Below are positions 1 through 8,092 of a stretch of 29,988 bases of DNA, one piece after another (position 1 is the first letter of the stretch; every line of letters starts with the position of its first letter). The translations under genes and the position numbers were made by a program. The DNA comes from a bacterium. Its GTDB lineage: Bacteria > Auribacterota > UBA3054 > B51-G9. Below the pieces are notes generated by a model. The model was not told the origin of the DNA and ran no database searches. It saw nothing but the letters and a program-made list of their open reading frames with translations. The stretch lies in contig JAOZNZ010000003.1 of assembly GCA_029933535.1 (NCBI GenBank), forward strand, positions 1 to 29,988, given 5' to 3'.

Positions 1-1267
1 GGTTATTCATATCAAGTTCAACGATTTCATTTTGTTGTAAATTTTTCAGAGAGGATTTAACACGTAAATAATTTTCTGAAAATCCTTCCCAATAGCCTTT
101 ATTATTATGCTCAATTAAAACATTAAGTTTTTTATTTACGAATTTCTGACGACATTTTTTTGCCGCTGCATCTGCACATTTAGTCAGCCTTTTTTCCCTT
201 TTTTTAATTTCAGACGGCTGAATAAATAAATTTTTCATCTTTGCAGCTGCCGTGCCTTCGCGAGGGGAGTACTGAAAAATATGTACTTTTGCAAAAGGTA
301 TTTTTTCAACCATTTGAATCGTTTTTTCAAAATCCTCCTCTTCTTCTCCCGGCATTCCAACAATAGCATCTGTAGTAACCACAGCGTTATGAACAATTGA
401 TAAAAACCTGTCTGCAGCTTTTTCAACATCTGCCGCGAAAATTTTTCTGTTCATTAATTTTAATACTTTATCGCTGCCGCTTTGCAGGGGAATATGAATG
501 TGAGGCATCAATGTTTCGCTTTCCGCGAAAATTTTGCAAAGATTTTCTGTTATAGCTATAGCTTCAACTGAACTCAATCGAATACGCGGAACAATATTTA
601 AATCGCTTATTTTTTTTAAAATATCAGGAAGAAAATCAGATTTATAATTATATGCCGCAATATTAATTCCGGTAACAACTACCTCTTTTACATCATTTTC
701 CGCAAGTATTTTCAGTTCATCAATAATCGTATCTAAAGAAACACTTCGTGCTCTGCCGCGTGCGTAAGGAATTTTACAATACGCGCAAAAGCGATTACAA
801 CCGTCTTGAATTTTTATAAAAGCGCGTGTTCTATCTGTTGGGAGGTAGAGATTATTATAAACATCCGGGTTATATTTTTTTTCAATAAGCAGCGAGCTTT
901 CTTTTAAAAAACTTTCAATTTCTGAAAAAATTTTTTCCGGGTTATCTGATTCGATTACTAAATCAATTTCAGGAATTTTTCTTAAGCTTTCCGCATCTGT
1001 TCTTGCATAGCAACCTGAAACGAATATTACTGCCTTCCGGTTATTTTTTTTAAATTTTCTGACAAATTTTCTTGCTGTAGCATCGGCTTGAGAAGTAACC
1101 GTGCAAGAGTTTAAAATGCAAATATCGACCAAACGCGGGTCAGAGACCCGCGTCCAGTCGTGCTTTTCAGCTACAGCGGCTATCTTTTCGCTGTCACACC
1201 AGTTTACTTTACATCCAAGTGTATGAATGTAAAAAGAATTCTTTATATTTTTTTTTTTGGCTGACAT
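1..1267 (-). CDS. mtaB: tRNA methylthiotransferase, MtaB/MiaB-like radical SAM enzyme (3' end runs off the window; absent from ORF track)
   Basis: Manual translation from ATG at 1267: MSAKKKNIKNSFYIHTLGCKVNWCDSE; radical SAM motif KIQDGCNRFCAYCKIPYARG; C-terminal EGFSENYLRV; no stop in the segments translated, including the last 60 nt. Confidence 0.85.
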   Translation of the reverse strand, partial: MSAKKKNIKNSFYIHTLGCKVNWCDSEKIAAVAEKHDWTRVSDPRLVDICILNSCTVTSQADATARKFVRKFKKNNRKAVIFVSGCYARTDAESLRKIPEIDLVIESDNPEKIFSEIESFLKESSLLIEKKYNPDVYNNLYLPTDRTRAFIKIQDGCNRFCAYCKIPYARGRARSVSLDTIIDELKILAENDVKEVVVTGINIAAYNYKSDFLPDILKKISDLNIVPRIRLSSVEAIAITENLCKIFAESETLMPHIHIPLQSGSDKVLKLMNRKIFAADVEKAADRFLSIVHNAVVTTDAIVGMPGEEEEDFEKTIQMVEKIPFAKVHIFQYSPREGTAAAKMKNLFIQPSEIKKREKRLTKCADAAAKKCRQKFVNKKLNVLIEHNNKGYWEGFSENYLRVKSSLKNLQQNEIVELDMNN

Positions 1268-1273
1268 AAATTA

Positions 1274-1344
1274 TAGTGTTCAAGGTGTCAGGTGTCAGGT
1301 TTTAACTAATAACCATTAACTATTAATTATTAAATATTAACTAT
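1274..1344. repeat. Two abutting heptamer arrays: CAGGTGT-type (1281-1302) and TAACTAT-type (1303-1344)
   Basis: CAAGGTGT CAGGTGT CAGGTTT then TAACTAA TAACCAT TAACTAT TAATTAT TAAATAT TAACTAT; fills the sat-mtaB gap and overlaps the sat stop. Confidence 0.85.
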
Positions 1345-2498
1345 TTCACGGAATTAATTAAAATTTCTGCTACTTCCGGTCGAGTAAATTCTTCAGTCAA
1401 AGGTTCTCCTTTATTTAACATTTCAAAAATCTGAGTGTCAGTGTAATAAATATGTTCTTCTATACTATGGGAACATGTTTTTTGCGAAACTATACTTCCA
1501 CATTTCTTACAATATACCATGTTTTCAAATAAAAGAGGGGTTATTTCCATCTCGTGCAACCCGAATTCTTTGAAAATTTCCTGGGCATCGTATGTTCCGT
1601 AATAATTTTTTACTCCTGCGTGATCTCTGCCTACAATAAAATGTGTGCAACCATAATTTTTATGGACAATAGCATGAAAAACCGCCTCTCTTGGCCCGGC
1701 ATATTTAACAGCGGAAGGAAAAACTGAAAGAACGACTCTGTTTTCGGGGTAGTAATTTTCTATTAAAGCATTATAGCTTTTCATACGAACATCAGCGGGA
1801 ACGTTATTTTCTTCTGTTTCACATACTAACGGATGAATAAGCAAGCCGTCACAAATTTCCAAAGCGCATTTTTGAATATATTCATGAGTTCTGTGAATAG
1901 GTCTTTTGGTTTGAAAAGCAACGATTTTTGACCATCCACGCTGTTCAAATTCGTGTCTTGTTTCCAGAGGTGTTAGTCGATATTCATTAAATTGGCTGCG
2001 TTGTGGAGTATTAATCACATCGATATCGCCACCGAGTAATACGTCTCCTCGTTTATTCATTAAGTAATCAACACCAGGATGATCAGTGTTTTTCGTTTTA
2101 TAAACAAAAGCGGCTTCTCTTTCTTTATTAACAATATATTTTTCCTGAAGGTGAAGAATGGCAATTAAATTTTCTTTTTCATCTTTCAAAGCAATTTGAG
2201 CGCCAACATCAAATTCATCAGCCTGATCCGGTGATACACCAAGAACAATCGGAAGTGACCAGGGCAACCCGGAAGTTAATCTCATATGTTCAATAACATG
2301 ATTATAATCATCACGACACATAAAACCTTCAATAGGACTCATAGCTCCGCAAGCTATCATATCGATATCAGAAAGTATTGAATTATCAACAATAACGCTT
2401 GGAAGTTCTTTAGATTTTTTTATCCAAAAGTCTCTTTTTTCTCTTGTAAGAGTACAATTTACGAGTTCCCCGCCGTGTGGCGCAATTTGATTGTGCAT
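1341..2498 (-). CDS. sat: ATP sulfurylase (Sat) family protein with non-canonical active-site motifs
   Basis: PHGGELV start, YAGPREAVFHA, KNYGCTHFIVGRDHAGV, CKKC..TCSH Zn site; QTKRPIHRTH replaces canonical QTRNPxHRAH; SD AAGGAG upstream. Confidence 0.85.
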   Translation of the reverse strand: MHNQIAPHGGELVNCTLTREKRDFWIKKSKELPSVIVDNSILSDIDMIACGAMSPIEGFMCRDDYNHVIEHMRLTSGLPWSLPIVLGVSPDQADEFDVGAQIALKDEKENLIAILHLQEKYIVNKEREAAFVYKTKNTDHPGVDYLMNKRGDVLLGGDIDVINTPQRSQFNEYRLTPLETRHEFEQRGWSKIVAFQTKRPIHRTHEYIQKCALEICDGLLIHPLVCETEENNVPADVRMKSYNALIENYYPENRVVLSVFPSAVKYAGPREAVFHAIVHKNYGCTHFIVGRDHAGVKNYYGTYDAQEIFKEFGLHEMEITPLLFENMVYCKKCGSIVSQKTCSHSIEEHIYYTDTQIFEMLNKGEPLTEEFTRPEVAEILINSVK

Positions 2499-2524
2499 TT
2501 TTTTTGCTCCTTTTTTGAATTTAT

Positions 2525-4096
2525 TTATTTTTGTTCTTCTCTATAATGACATCCTTTACTACGGGCATTGCGAATTGCACCATATAAAACGGCTCTTGCT
2601 GTTTGTAATCCGTTTCTTAATCCTATGATTTCATCGCTCATTGCAACCCGTCGATAAAAAGTTTCTACTTCTGTTTGTAATTCACGTAAAATTCTCTGTG
2701 CTCGTCGTAATCTTCTTTCGCCCCGAATTAAGCCCACATAATTCCACATAGTGTGTCTAATAATCATCCAATCCTGATTTAACAAACTAATATCTACTTC
2801 TTCATTTTTTTCAATCCATGGTGCGATTTTGGGAAAGAAAAATTTTCTTTTTTCACTTACTTTCTTTACTATATCTTTTCCTGTCCATATACCCCAGACA
2901 AGTGCTTCAAGTAAAGATGTACTGGCAAGTCTGTTTGCTCCATGAACTCCTGTACAACTAACTTCACCAACCGCACGCAATCTCGGAACGGAAGTTTGGC
3001 CTAATTTATCAACCATTACTCCTCCGCAGGCATAATGAGCTGCCGGAACGATAGGAATTGGCATTTTAGTAATATCGATTTTATGTTCAAGACATTTTTT
3101 ATAAATTGTAGGAAATCTCTTTTTCAGCCATTCGGCAGGTTTATGTGAAATATCAAGATAAACAAATGACTGGTGATTTTTTTGCATTTCATTATGAATT
3201 GCCCTTGAAACAATATCCCGTGGTGCTAGTGAACCGAGTTTATGATATTTTTTAGCAAATTTTTCTCCATCAGCATTTATTAAAATTCCTCCTTCGCCTC
3301 TTAAAGATTCCGTAATTAAAAAATTATCGGCATCTGTGCCATAAAGAGTTGTAGGATGAAATTGTACAAATTCCATATTCGCAATTCGCGCACTTGCGCG
3401 TAAAGCCATAGCGAAGCCGTCTCCTCTTGATCCTGCACCATTTGTTGTATGAAGGTAAACTTGTCCCAATCCGCCTGTAGCGAGGACTGTTTCTTTTGCG
3501 AGAATTTTAATTGTTTTATGAGGAGTTTGTTTTAAAACATAAGCTCCAACACAAGTAATAGGACGATATGTATCAGCAAAATTTAAAGAATGATGACTTG
3601 TTGTTATTAAATCTATAGCTGTTGTCTTTGTAAAAACAGTTATATTTTTATGCTTCCTTATTTGTTTCCAAAGCGCTTCAGCTATACTTTTACCCGTGCT
3701 GTCAGAACAGTGAATAATTCTTTCTACACTATGCCCGCCTTCCCTGGTTAAGTCAAATTTACCTTTTTTATTTTTATCAAATAATACACCGACTCTATCA
3801 ATCAAAAAACTTTTTACAAGTTTTGGTCCTTCTTTTACAAGATGTCTTACCGCTTCAGGATTACATATTCCGTCTCCTGCGCTTTCAATATCATTAACTA
3901 AAGATTTCTGCGAATCTTTAATTCCTTTATAAATAATTCCGCCCTGTGCACGTGTAGTTGAAGATTTTTCAACATCTTTACCACTTGTCAATATTATTAC
4001 TTTACAACCACTGTCAGCAGCGGTTATTGCGGTAGTGCATCCACCAATACCGGTACCAATAATTAAAATATCTGTTTTAAAAGTTGTTTTCATCAT
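2525..4096 (-). CDS. nadB: L-aspartate oxidase
   Basis: FAD motif IIGTGIGG, AQGGI, TREGGHS..RIIH, QFHPT, TESLRGEG, LAPRDIVSRAI, GVHGANRLAS; start moved from 4183 to ATG 4096 (or 4093) because of the promoter at 4106-4134. Confidence 0.92.
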   Translation of the reverse strand: MMKTTFKTDILIIGTGIGGCTTAITAADSGCKVIILTSGKDVEKSSTTRAQGGIIYKGIKDSQKSLVNDIESAGDGICNPEAVRHLVKEGPKLVKSFLIDRVGVLFDKNKKGKFDLTREGGHSVERIIHCSDSTGKSIAEALWKQIRKHKNITVFTKTTAIDLITTSHHSLNFADTYRPITCVGAYVLKQTPHKTIKILAKETVLATGGLGQVYLHTTNGAGSRGDGFAMALRASARIANMEFVQFHPTTLYGTDADNFLITESLRGEGGILINADGEKFAKKYHKLGSLAPRDIVSRAIHNEMQKNHQSFVYLDISHKPAEWLKKRFPTIYKKCLEHKIDITKMPIPIVPAAHYACGGVMVDKLGQTSVPRLRAVGEVSCTGVHGANRLASTSLLEALVWGIWTGKDIVKKVSEKRKFFFPKIAPWIEKNEEVDISLLNQDWMIIRHTMWNYVGLIRGERRLRRAQRILRELQTEVETFYRRVAMSDEIIGLRNGLQTARAVLYGAIRNARSKGCHYREEQK

Positions 4097-4105
4097 ACAA
4101 AAATT

Positions 4106-4134
4106 ATTATACAATATAGTGAAATAATCGTCAA
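4106..4134 (-). promoter_or_regulatory. Sigma70-type promoter for nadB
   Basis: TTGACG (4134-4129) - 17 nt - TATAAT (4111-4106) on the minus strand. Confidence 0.65.
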
Positions 4135-4291
4135 GTAAGTAAAAAAAGTATGTATTTATTGTATAAAAATTGAAAAAATTCATTATAAATTACTTTTCGT
4201 TTTTTTAAAATCAATATATTGTAGTTAAAGTATAGTATTATACATTATAAATGATAAAGTTTTTTAATAATTACCCTTTTATGAAACACAC

Positions 4292-4320
4292 TTTACAAAT
4301 GATTTTTTTTTAGTTATACT
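4292..4320 (+). promoter_or_regulatory. Candidate sigma70 promoter for dnaA
   Basis: TTTACA (4292-4297) - 17 nt - TATACT (4315-4320). Confidence 0.55.
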
Positions 4321-4380
4321 ATTCACGCTATCTGCATTTTTGCTGATGCGGTTTGGAATTTAGACTTAAGATTATAATAT

Positions 4381-4569
4381 TGTGAATAACTTTAATTTTT
4401 TTGTTTTTTAAGTTGTGGGGACACTTAAATAAATCTGTGATTCAATCACCAAAAAAATTGTTATAAGTTACTTTAAATAGCTACTTTAAGTTCAGAATAG
4501 GTTTACTTATTTATATTACTATTATTGTATATTCGGTATTTAAATTTATTGTGGATAACTTGTGCATAA
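4381..4569. promoter_or_regulatory. DnaA boxes upstream of dnaA (left part of oriC / autoregulation)
   Basis: Exact TTATNCACA matches on the minus strand at 4381-4389, 4550-4558 and 4561-4569; the last overlaps the predicted GTG start. Confidence 0.75.
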
Positions 4570-5920
4570 CTTGAGGAAAACTGTGACTGATTTTGAAATA
4601 TTATGGGGTGATGTGCTTAGTGTGGTAAAATCGTCAACCAATGAAGCGATTTTTCAATCCTTTTTTTCTGTTGTTCATCCTTTATTGTATAAGGATAACA
4701 AATTCATTATAAAAGTTGATTCTCCACTCGTTGCGGATTGGATTAAACAAAAATATTTTTCTATAATAGAAAAATCGTTATCTAAATCTTTAGGTACAAA
4801 TGTTCAACTTGTTATACAATGCGAAGGCATTCAGGAAAATATTATCGCTCCTGTTACCAAAATTTCTAGAAAAAAGAAAAAAATTAATATTACTAATTTA
4901 AATTCTAATTTTCTTTTTAATAACTTTATTGTTGGTAATTCTAATCAAATGGCCCATGCAGCCTCTTATGCAAGCGGACAAAATCCTGGTCATGCATATA
5001 ATCCTTTATTTATTTATGGTGGAGTTGGACTTGGTAAAACACATCTTATGCAGGCGATTGGCCACGCTGCAATTGCAAAAAACAAGGATTTAAATGTTCT
5101 TTACATTTCTTCTGAAAAATTTTTAAATCAATATATTGATGCTCTTCAAACCAAAAGTTTATCAAAATTCAGAGAATATTATCGTTCAAATGTGGATATA
5201 CTTCTTGTAGATGACATTCAATTCTTATCGAAAAAAGAGCGAACTCAAGAAGAATTTTTTCACACATTTAATGCATTACATAATGAAGGTAAACAAATTG
5301 TAATGACAAGTGATAAATCTCCACATGAACTTAAAGGTATTGAAAATAGACTCGTTAATCGTTTTGAATGGGGAATGGTAGTTGATATTCAATCACCTGA
5401 TTTTGAAACGCGAGTTGCTATTATTCATAAAAAATTGGAACAATACGGTCAAAATTTTGATGAGGATATCTGCTTCTATCTCGCAAATAAAGTTAGAAAT
5501 GATGTAAGAAAAATTGAAGGAGCTATAATAAAATTACTTGGTTATGCATCTATACAAAACGAGCCTGTTAATCTTGAAATGGCAAAAGAGTGTCTAAAAG
5601 ACTATGTATCTTCTCATACTGTTACATTAGATTTAATACAAAAATCTGTCGGAGAATTTTTTGATCTTAGAATAACCGACCTGAAATCAAGCAGAAGACC
5701 TAAATCTATATCTTATCCAAGACAACTTGCAATGTATTTGTGTCGGAATATGACTAATAGTTCTTTAACTGAAATTGCACAATCTTTTGGTGGTAAAGAT
5801 CATACTACAGTTTTGTATGCATGTCGAAAAATTGAAAGTCAAAAAAGCGAAGATGAAATAATAAGACAACAACTTTTAACACTTGAAAAAAACATAATAG
5901 GGAGTGTAAAAATGATGTGA
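4562..5920 (+). CDS. dnaA: Chromosomal replication initiator DnaA
   Basis: YNPLFIYGGVGLGKTHL Walker A, LLVDDIQF Walker B, QEEFFHTFN, domain IV GGKDHTTVLYA; start codon uncertain (GTG 4562 or 4583). Confidence 0.97.
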   Translation: MHNLRKTVTDFEILWGDVLSVVKSSTNEAIFQSFFSVVHPLLYKDNKFIIKVDSPLVADWIKQKYFSIIEKSLSKSLGTNVQLVIQCEGIQENIIAPVTKISRKKKKINITNLNSNFLFNNFIVGNSNQMAHAASYASGQNPGHAYNPLFIYGGVGLGKTHLMQAIGHAAIAKNKDLNVLYISSEKFLNQYIDALQTKSLSKFREYYRSNVDILLVDDIQFLSKKERTQEEFFHTFNALHNEGKQIVMTSDKSPHELKGIENRLVNRFEWGMVVDIQSPDFETRVAIIHKKLEQYGQNFDEDICFYLANKVRNDVRKIEGAIIKLLGYASIQNEPVNLEMAKECLKDYVSSHTVTLDLIQKSVGEFFDLRITDLKSSRRPKSISYPRQLAMYLCRNMTNSSLTEIAQSFGGKDHTTVLYACRKIESQKSEDEIIRQQLLTLEKNIIGSVKMM

Positions 5921-6145
5921 ATAAACTTGTGAAAAGTAATGTGAAAAAAATGTGAAATTAAAATTTTAGATATTTATACACAAAAAAATAATCTTTTATA
6001 CAAATTATCACAACTTTTTCACAGGATAAGTAACCATTATAACGCTTTATTCACATATTACACATCCTATATTACTACTAATATATTTTAAAATAATTTA
6101 ATATATAGTATAATTATATATAGAATTGTGAATTATTAATTAACT
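5916..6145. other. oriC unwinding region between dnaA and dnaN: DnaA-box cluster, DnaA-trio-like repeats, AT-rich DUE
   Basis: Exact TTWTNCACA at 5916-5924, 5940-5948, 5974-5982, 6015-6023, 6047-6055; one-mismatch boxes at 5928, 5996, 6056, 6127; bottom-strand TAT TAG TAG TAA TAT at 6069-6083 followed by an almost pure A/T tract. Confidence 0.85.
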
Positions 6146-6163
6146 TGTAGGAGATTTAATAGA

Positions 6164-7255
6164 ATGAAAATAGAATGCCAAACCGCTCTTTTAAGAAACG
6201 CTGTTCAACTTTTGCAGCCGGTATGCCCTCTTAGAACAACTATGCCTATACTTTCAAATTTGTTAGTAAAAGCTTCAGCCGGCCAAATAGAATTAGTAGC
6301 AACTGATCTTGATCTTACTGTAAAAACTAAAATTCCGGCAGATGTTATTGAGGAAGGTGAAACTACAATTCCTGTCCGATTTTTTCTTGACGCGCTTCGT
6401 AAAATGAATTCGGATACTATTGAGCTTTCAGTTGATGAAGCTAATGTATCAACAATTCGTTCCGGAAATAAGGTAAAATGCAGCTTACGTGGAATGGATC
6501 CAAGTAATTTTGCTAATTTTCCTGTAGTTGAAACTGATATTTCAATTGAACTTCCTACAAAAGATCTTGCAACTATGCTTAAATACACAAGCTATGCAGT
6601 TTCAAGAGATGAATCAAAATCTATGCTTAATGGTGTTTGTTTTAATTTCAGTGATGATCTTGATGTTGTCGCAACAGATGGAAAACGTCTTGCGAAATAT
6701 GTTTGTGTTGGAGTGAAACAAGAAAAAGCCATGCAGGTAATAGTTCCTTCAAAATCAATTTCTGTAATTCATCAGATTTTAAATACTGAAGGAACAGCTG
6801 AAATAAAATATACATCTAATCTTATGCAAATAAGCACTTTGAACAGTGTTCTTGTTACAAGACTTGTTGATGAACATTATCCAAATTATAATCAGGTTAT
6901 TCCAAAAAGTTGTCAGGCAATTATTAAAGTTAATAGATTAACATTTCTTAACGCGATAAATCTGGCAACTGTTGTAACGGAAAAAAGTAAACAAGCTGTT
7001 GTAAGATTAAATTTTGAAGATAATAAACTCTCTGTTAACGCAAATACAGCTGAAATAGGTGAAGTAAATGATGTTCTTGAAGTTAAATATGATGGCGAAC
7101 AGGTCGATTTAGCAGTTAATCCGACTTATCTTACCGATGTATGTCAAAATGTTGAATCAGAAGAAATTACAATCGAAATTACTGGCAGCGGCAGCCCTCT
7201 TGTTATTCGTTCCGGTGAAAACTTTCTTTGTATTATAATGCCGATGAGAGTTTGA
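6164..7255 (+). CDS. dnaN: DNA polymerase III beta sliding clamp
   Basis: 363 aa, PILSNLL, ATDLDL, VATDGKRLA, YPNYNQVIP, C-terminal IIMPMRV; AGGAG SD at 6149-6153; follows dnaA. Confidence 0.97.
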   Translation: MKIECQTALLRNAVQLLQPVCPLRTTMPILSNLLVKASAGQIELVATDLDLTVKTKIPADVIEEGETTIPVRFFLDALRKMNSDTIELSVDEANVSTIRSGNKVKCSLRGMDPSNFANFPVVETDISIELPTKDLATMLKYTSYAVSRDESKSMLNGVCFNFSDDLDVVATDGKRLAKYVCVGVKQEKAMQVIVPSKSISVIHQILNTEGTAEIKYTSNLMQISTLNSVLVTRLVDEHYPNYNQVIPKSCQAIIKVNRLTFLNAINLATVVTEKSKQAVVRLNFEDNKLSVNANTAEIGEVNDVLEVKYDGEQVDLAVNPTYLTDVCQNVESEEITIEITGSGSPLVIRSGENFLCIIMPMRV

Positions 7256-7291
7256 AGGTTTGAAGGTTGAAAGGTTGAAAGGTTGAAAGGT
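7248..7291 (+). repeat. Octamer array AGGTTGAA covering and following the dnaN stop
   Basis: GAGTTTGA AGGTTTGA AGGTTGAA AGGTTGAA AGGTTGAA AGGT. Confidence 0.85.
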
Positions 7292-7337
7292 GCGAGTATC
7301 TTATTTCGACATTTTAATCCGGCGTTCAACTTAATTA

Positions 7338-7362
7338 TCCCACCGACACAGGGTCGGCGGGA
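7338..7362. repeat. GC-rich REP-like hairpin
   Basis: TCCCACCGAC-ACAGG-GTCGGCGGGA, 9/10 paired. Confidence 0.55.
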
Positions 7363-7392
7363 CATTTACCTTTTCGAGCAATCCCTAATTCA

Positions 7393-7431
7393 TTGCCCGT
7401 TTATATTTTTAAACGGGTAATTTTATTTTTT
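7393..7431 (+). terminator. Intrinsic terminator after dnaN
   Basis: TTGCCCGTTTA-TATTTT-TAAACGGGTAA stem followed by TTTTATTTTTT. Confidence 0.6.
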
Positions 7432-7447
7432 AAAATTTATTAATTAA

Positions 7448-7471
7448 CTTAGTGTCTTGGTGTCTTAGTAT
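7448..7471 (+). repeat. Octamer array CTTAGTGT before the DUF721 gene
   Basis: CTTAGTGT CTTGGTGT CTTAGTAT. Confidence 0.7.
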
Positions 7472-7485
7472 CATTATTTAGAATT

Positions 7486-7779
7486 ATGAAAAAAAAATCT
7501 TCTTTTAAATCTATTGGATCAGTTATTGAAGAAATAATTGAACATATTAAACCTCCGGCTGATTTATGGCTTGATGATGTTAAAGATAATTGGGTGAAAA
7601 TTGTTGGACCTGAAGTAGCTAAAAATACAAAAGTTGAACGTATTGAAGAATCAGTACTTTTAGTTAGTGTATCATCTCATATTTGGAAAAATGAATTAAG
7701 AGGCGGGCTCGGAAGAATAATTTTAAAAAGAATTCAAAATGAAATTACAGATAAAATTAAAAGAATTCGCTGGCAGTAG
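7486..7779 (+). CDS. dciA: DUF721 / DciA-like replicative helicase-loading protein
   Basis: 97 aa; SIGSVI N-terminus, W..IVG..VA..T, VLLVSVSS..W..EL pattern typical of DUF721; usual position downstream of dnaA-dnaN. Confidence 0.75.
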   Translation: MKKKSSFKSIGSVIEEIIEHIKPPADLWLDDVKDNWVKIVGPEVAKNTKVERIEESVLLVSVSSHIWKNELRGGLGRIILKRIQNEITDKIKRIRWQ

Positions 7780-7790
7780 GAGGAAAAAAC

Positions 7791-7854
7791 TGGAATATTG
7801 GATTAATGGAATGATGGATTAATGGAGTGATGGAGTAATGGAGTGATGGAGTAA
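7791..7854 (+). repeat. Octamer array TGGA(G/T)TRA x8
   Basis: TGGAATAT TGGATTAA TGGAATGA TGGATTAA TGGAGTGA TGGAGTAA TGGAGTGA TGGAGTAA, starting 11 nt after the DUF721 stop. Confidence 0.9.
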
Positions 7855-8020
7855 GCTACGTTTTTGGCCCACGCCGTGACTTGCATATGTCGGGATATGT
7901 TGAATTTCCAGCGAGAGCCGTGAATTCACGTAAAACGTGTTAATATAAAATAATAAAGAACAAATAAAAAATTAGTTAATTTAAGAATTTTAGACATTAT
8001 TTTTTAAAAATATTGTATTC

Positions 8021-8092
8021 ATTCGTGTTAATTTGTGTCCATTAGTGGTAAAAAATATTATTTAATCCGTGATAATCCGTGAAATTCGTGTC
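8021..8092 (+). repeat. Two 9-10-mer arrays of the ATTCGTG/ATCCGTG type
   Basis: ATTCGTGTTA ATTTGTGTCC ATTAGTGGTA (8021-8050); AATCCGTGAT AATCCGTGA AATTCGTGTC (8064-8092), overlapping the next start codon. Confidence 0.7.

Noticed and set aside
4097-4183. N-terminal extension of NadB in the ORF track
   Set aside because: Low-complexity F/Y/N-rich sequence that contains the predicted promoter; the FAD-binding strand starts right after ATG 4096/4093.
4466-4489. Direct repeat AGTTACTTTAA / AGCTACTTTAA in the dnaA leader
   Set aside because: Only two 11-nt AT-rich copies; could arise by chance.
4511-4530. DnaA-trio-like TAA TAG TAA TAT upstream of dnaA
   Set aside because: Orientation relative to the boxes at 4550-4569 is opposite to the known box-trio arrangement; 6069-6083 fits better.
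7144-7365. 73-aa minus-strand ORF
   Set aside because: Antisense to the dnaN end, built from the repeat array and REP hairpin; no protein motif.
7791-7854. Tandem arrays as a possible CRISPR
   Set aside because: Units are 7-10 nt with no unique spacers, and no cas genes are present.
7912-7935. GAGAGCCGTG resembling the start of group II intron domain V
   Set aside because: The rest of the domain V hairpin (GNRA loop and 3' strand) is absent, and there is no maturase or host-gene interruption.
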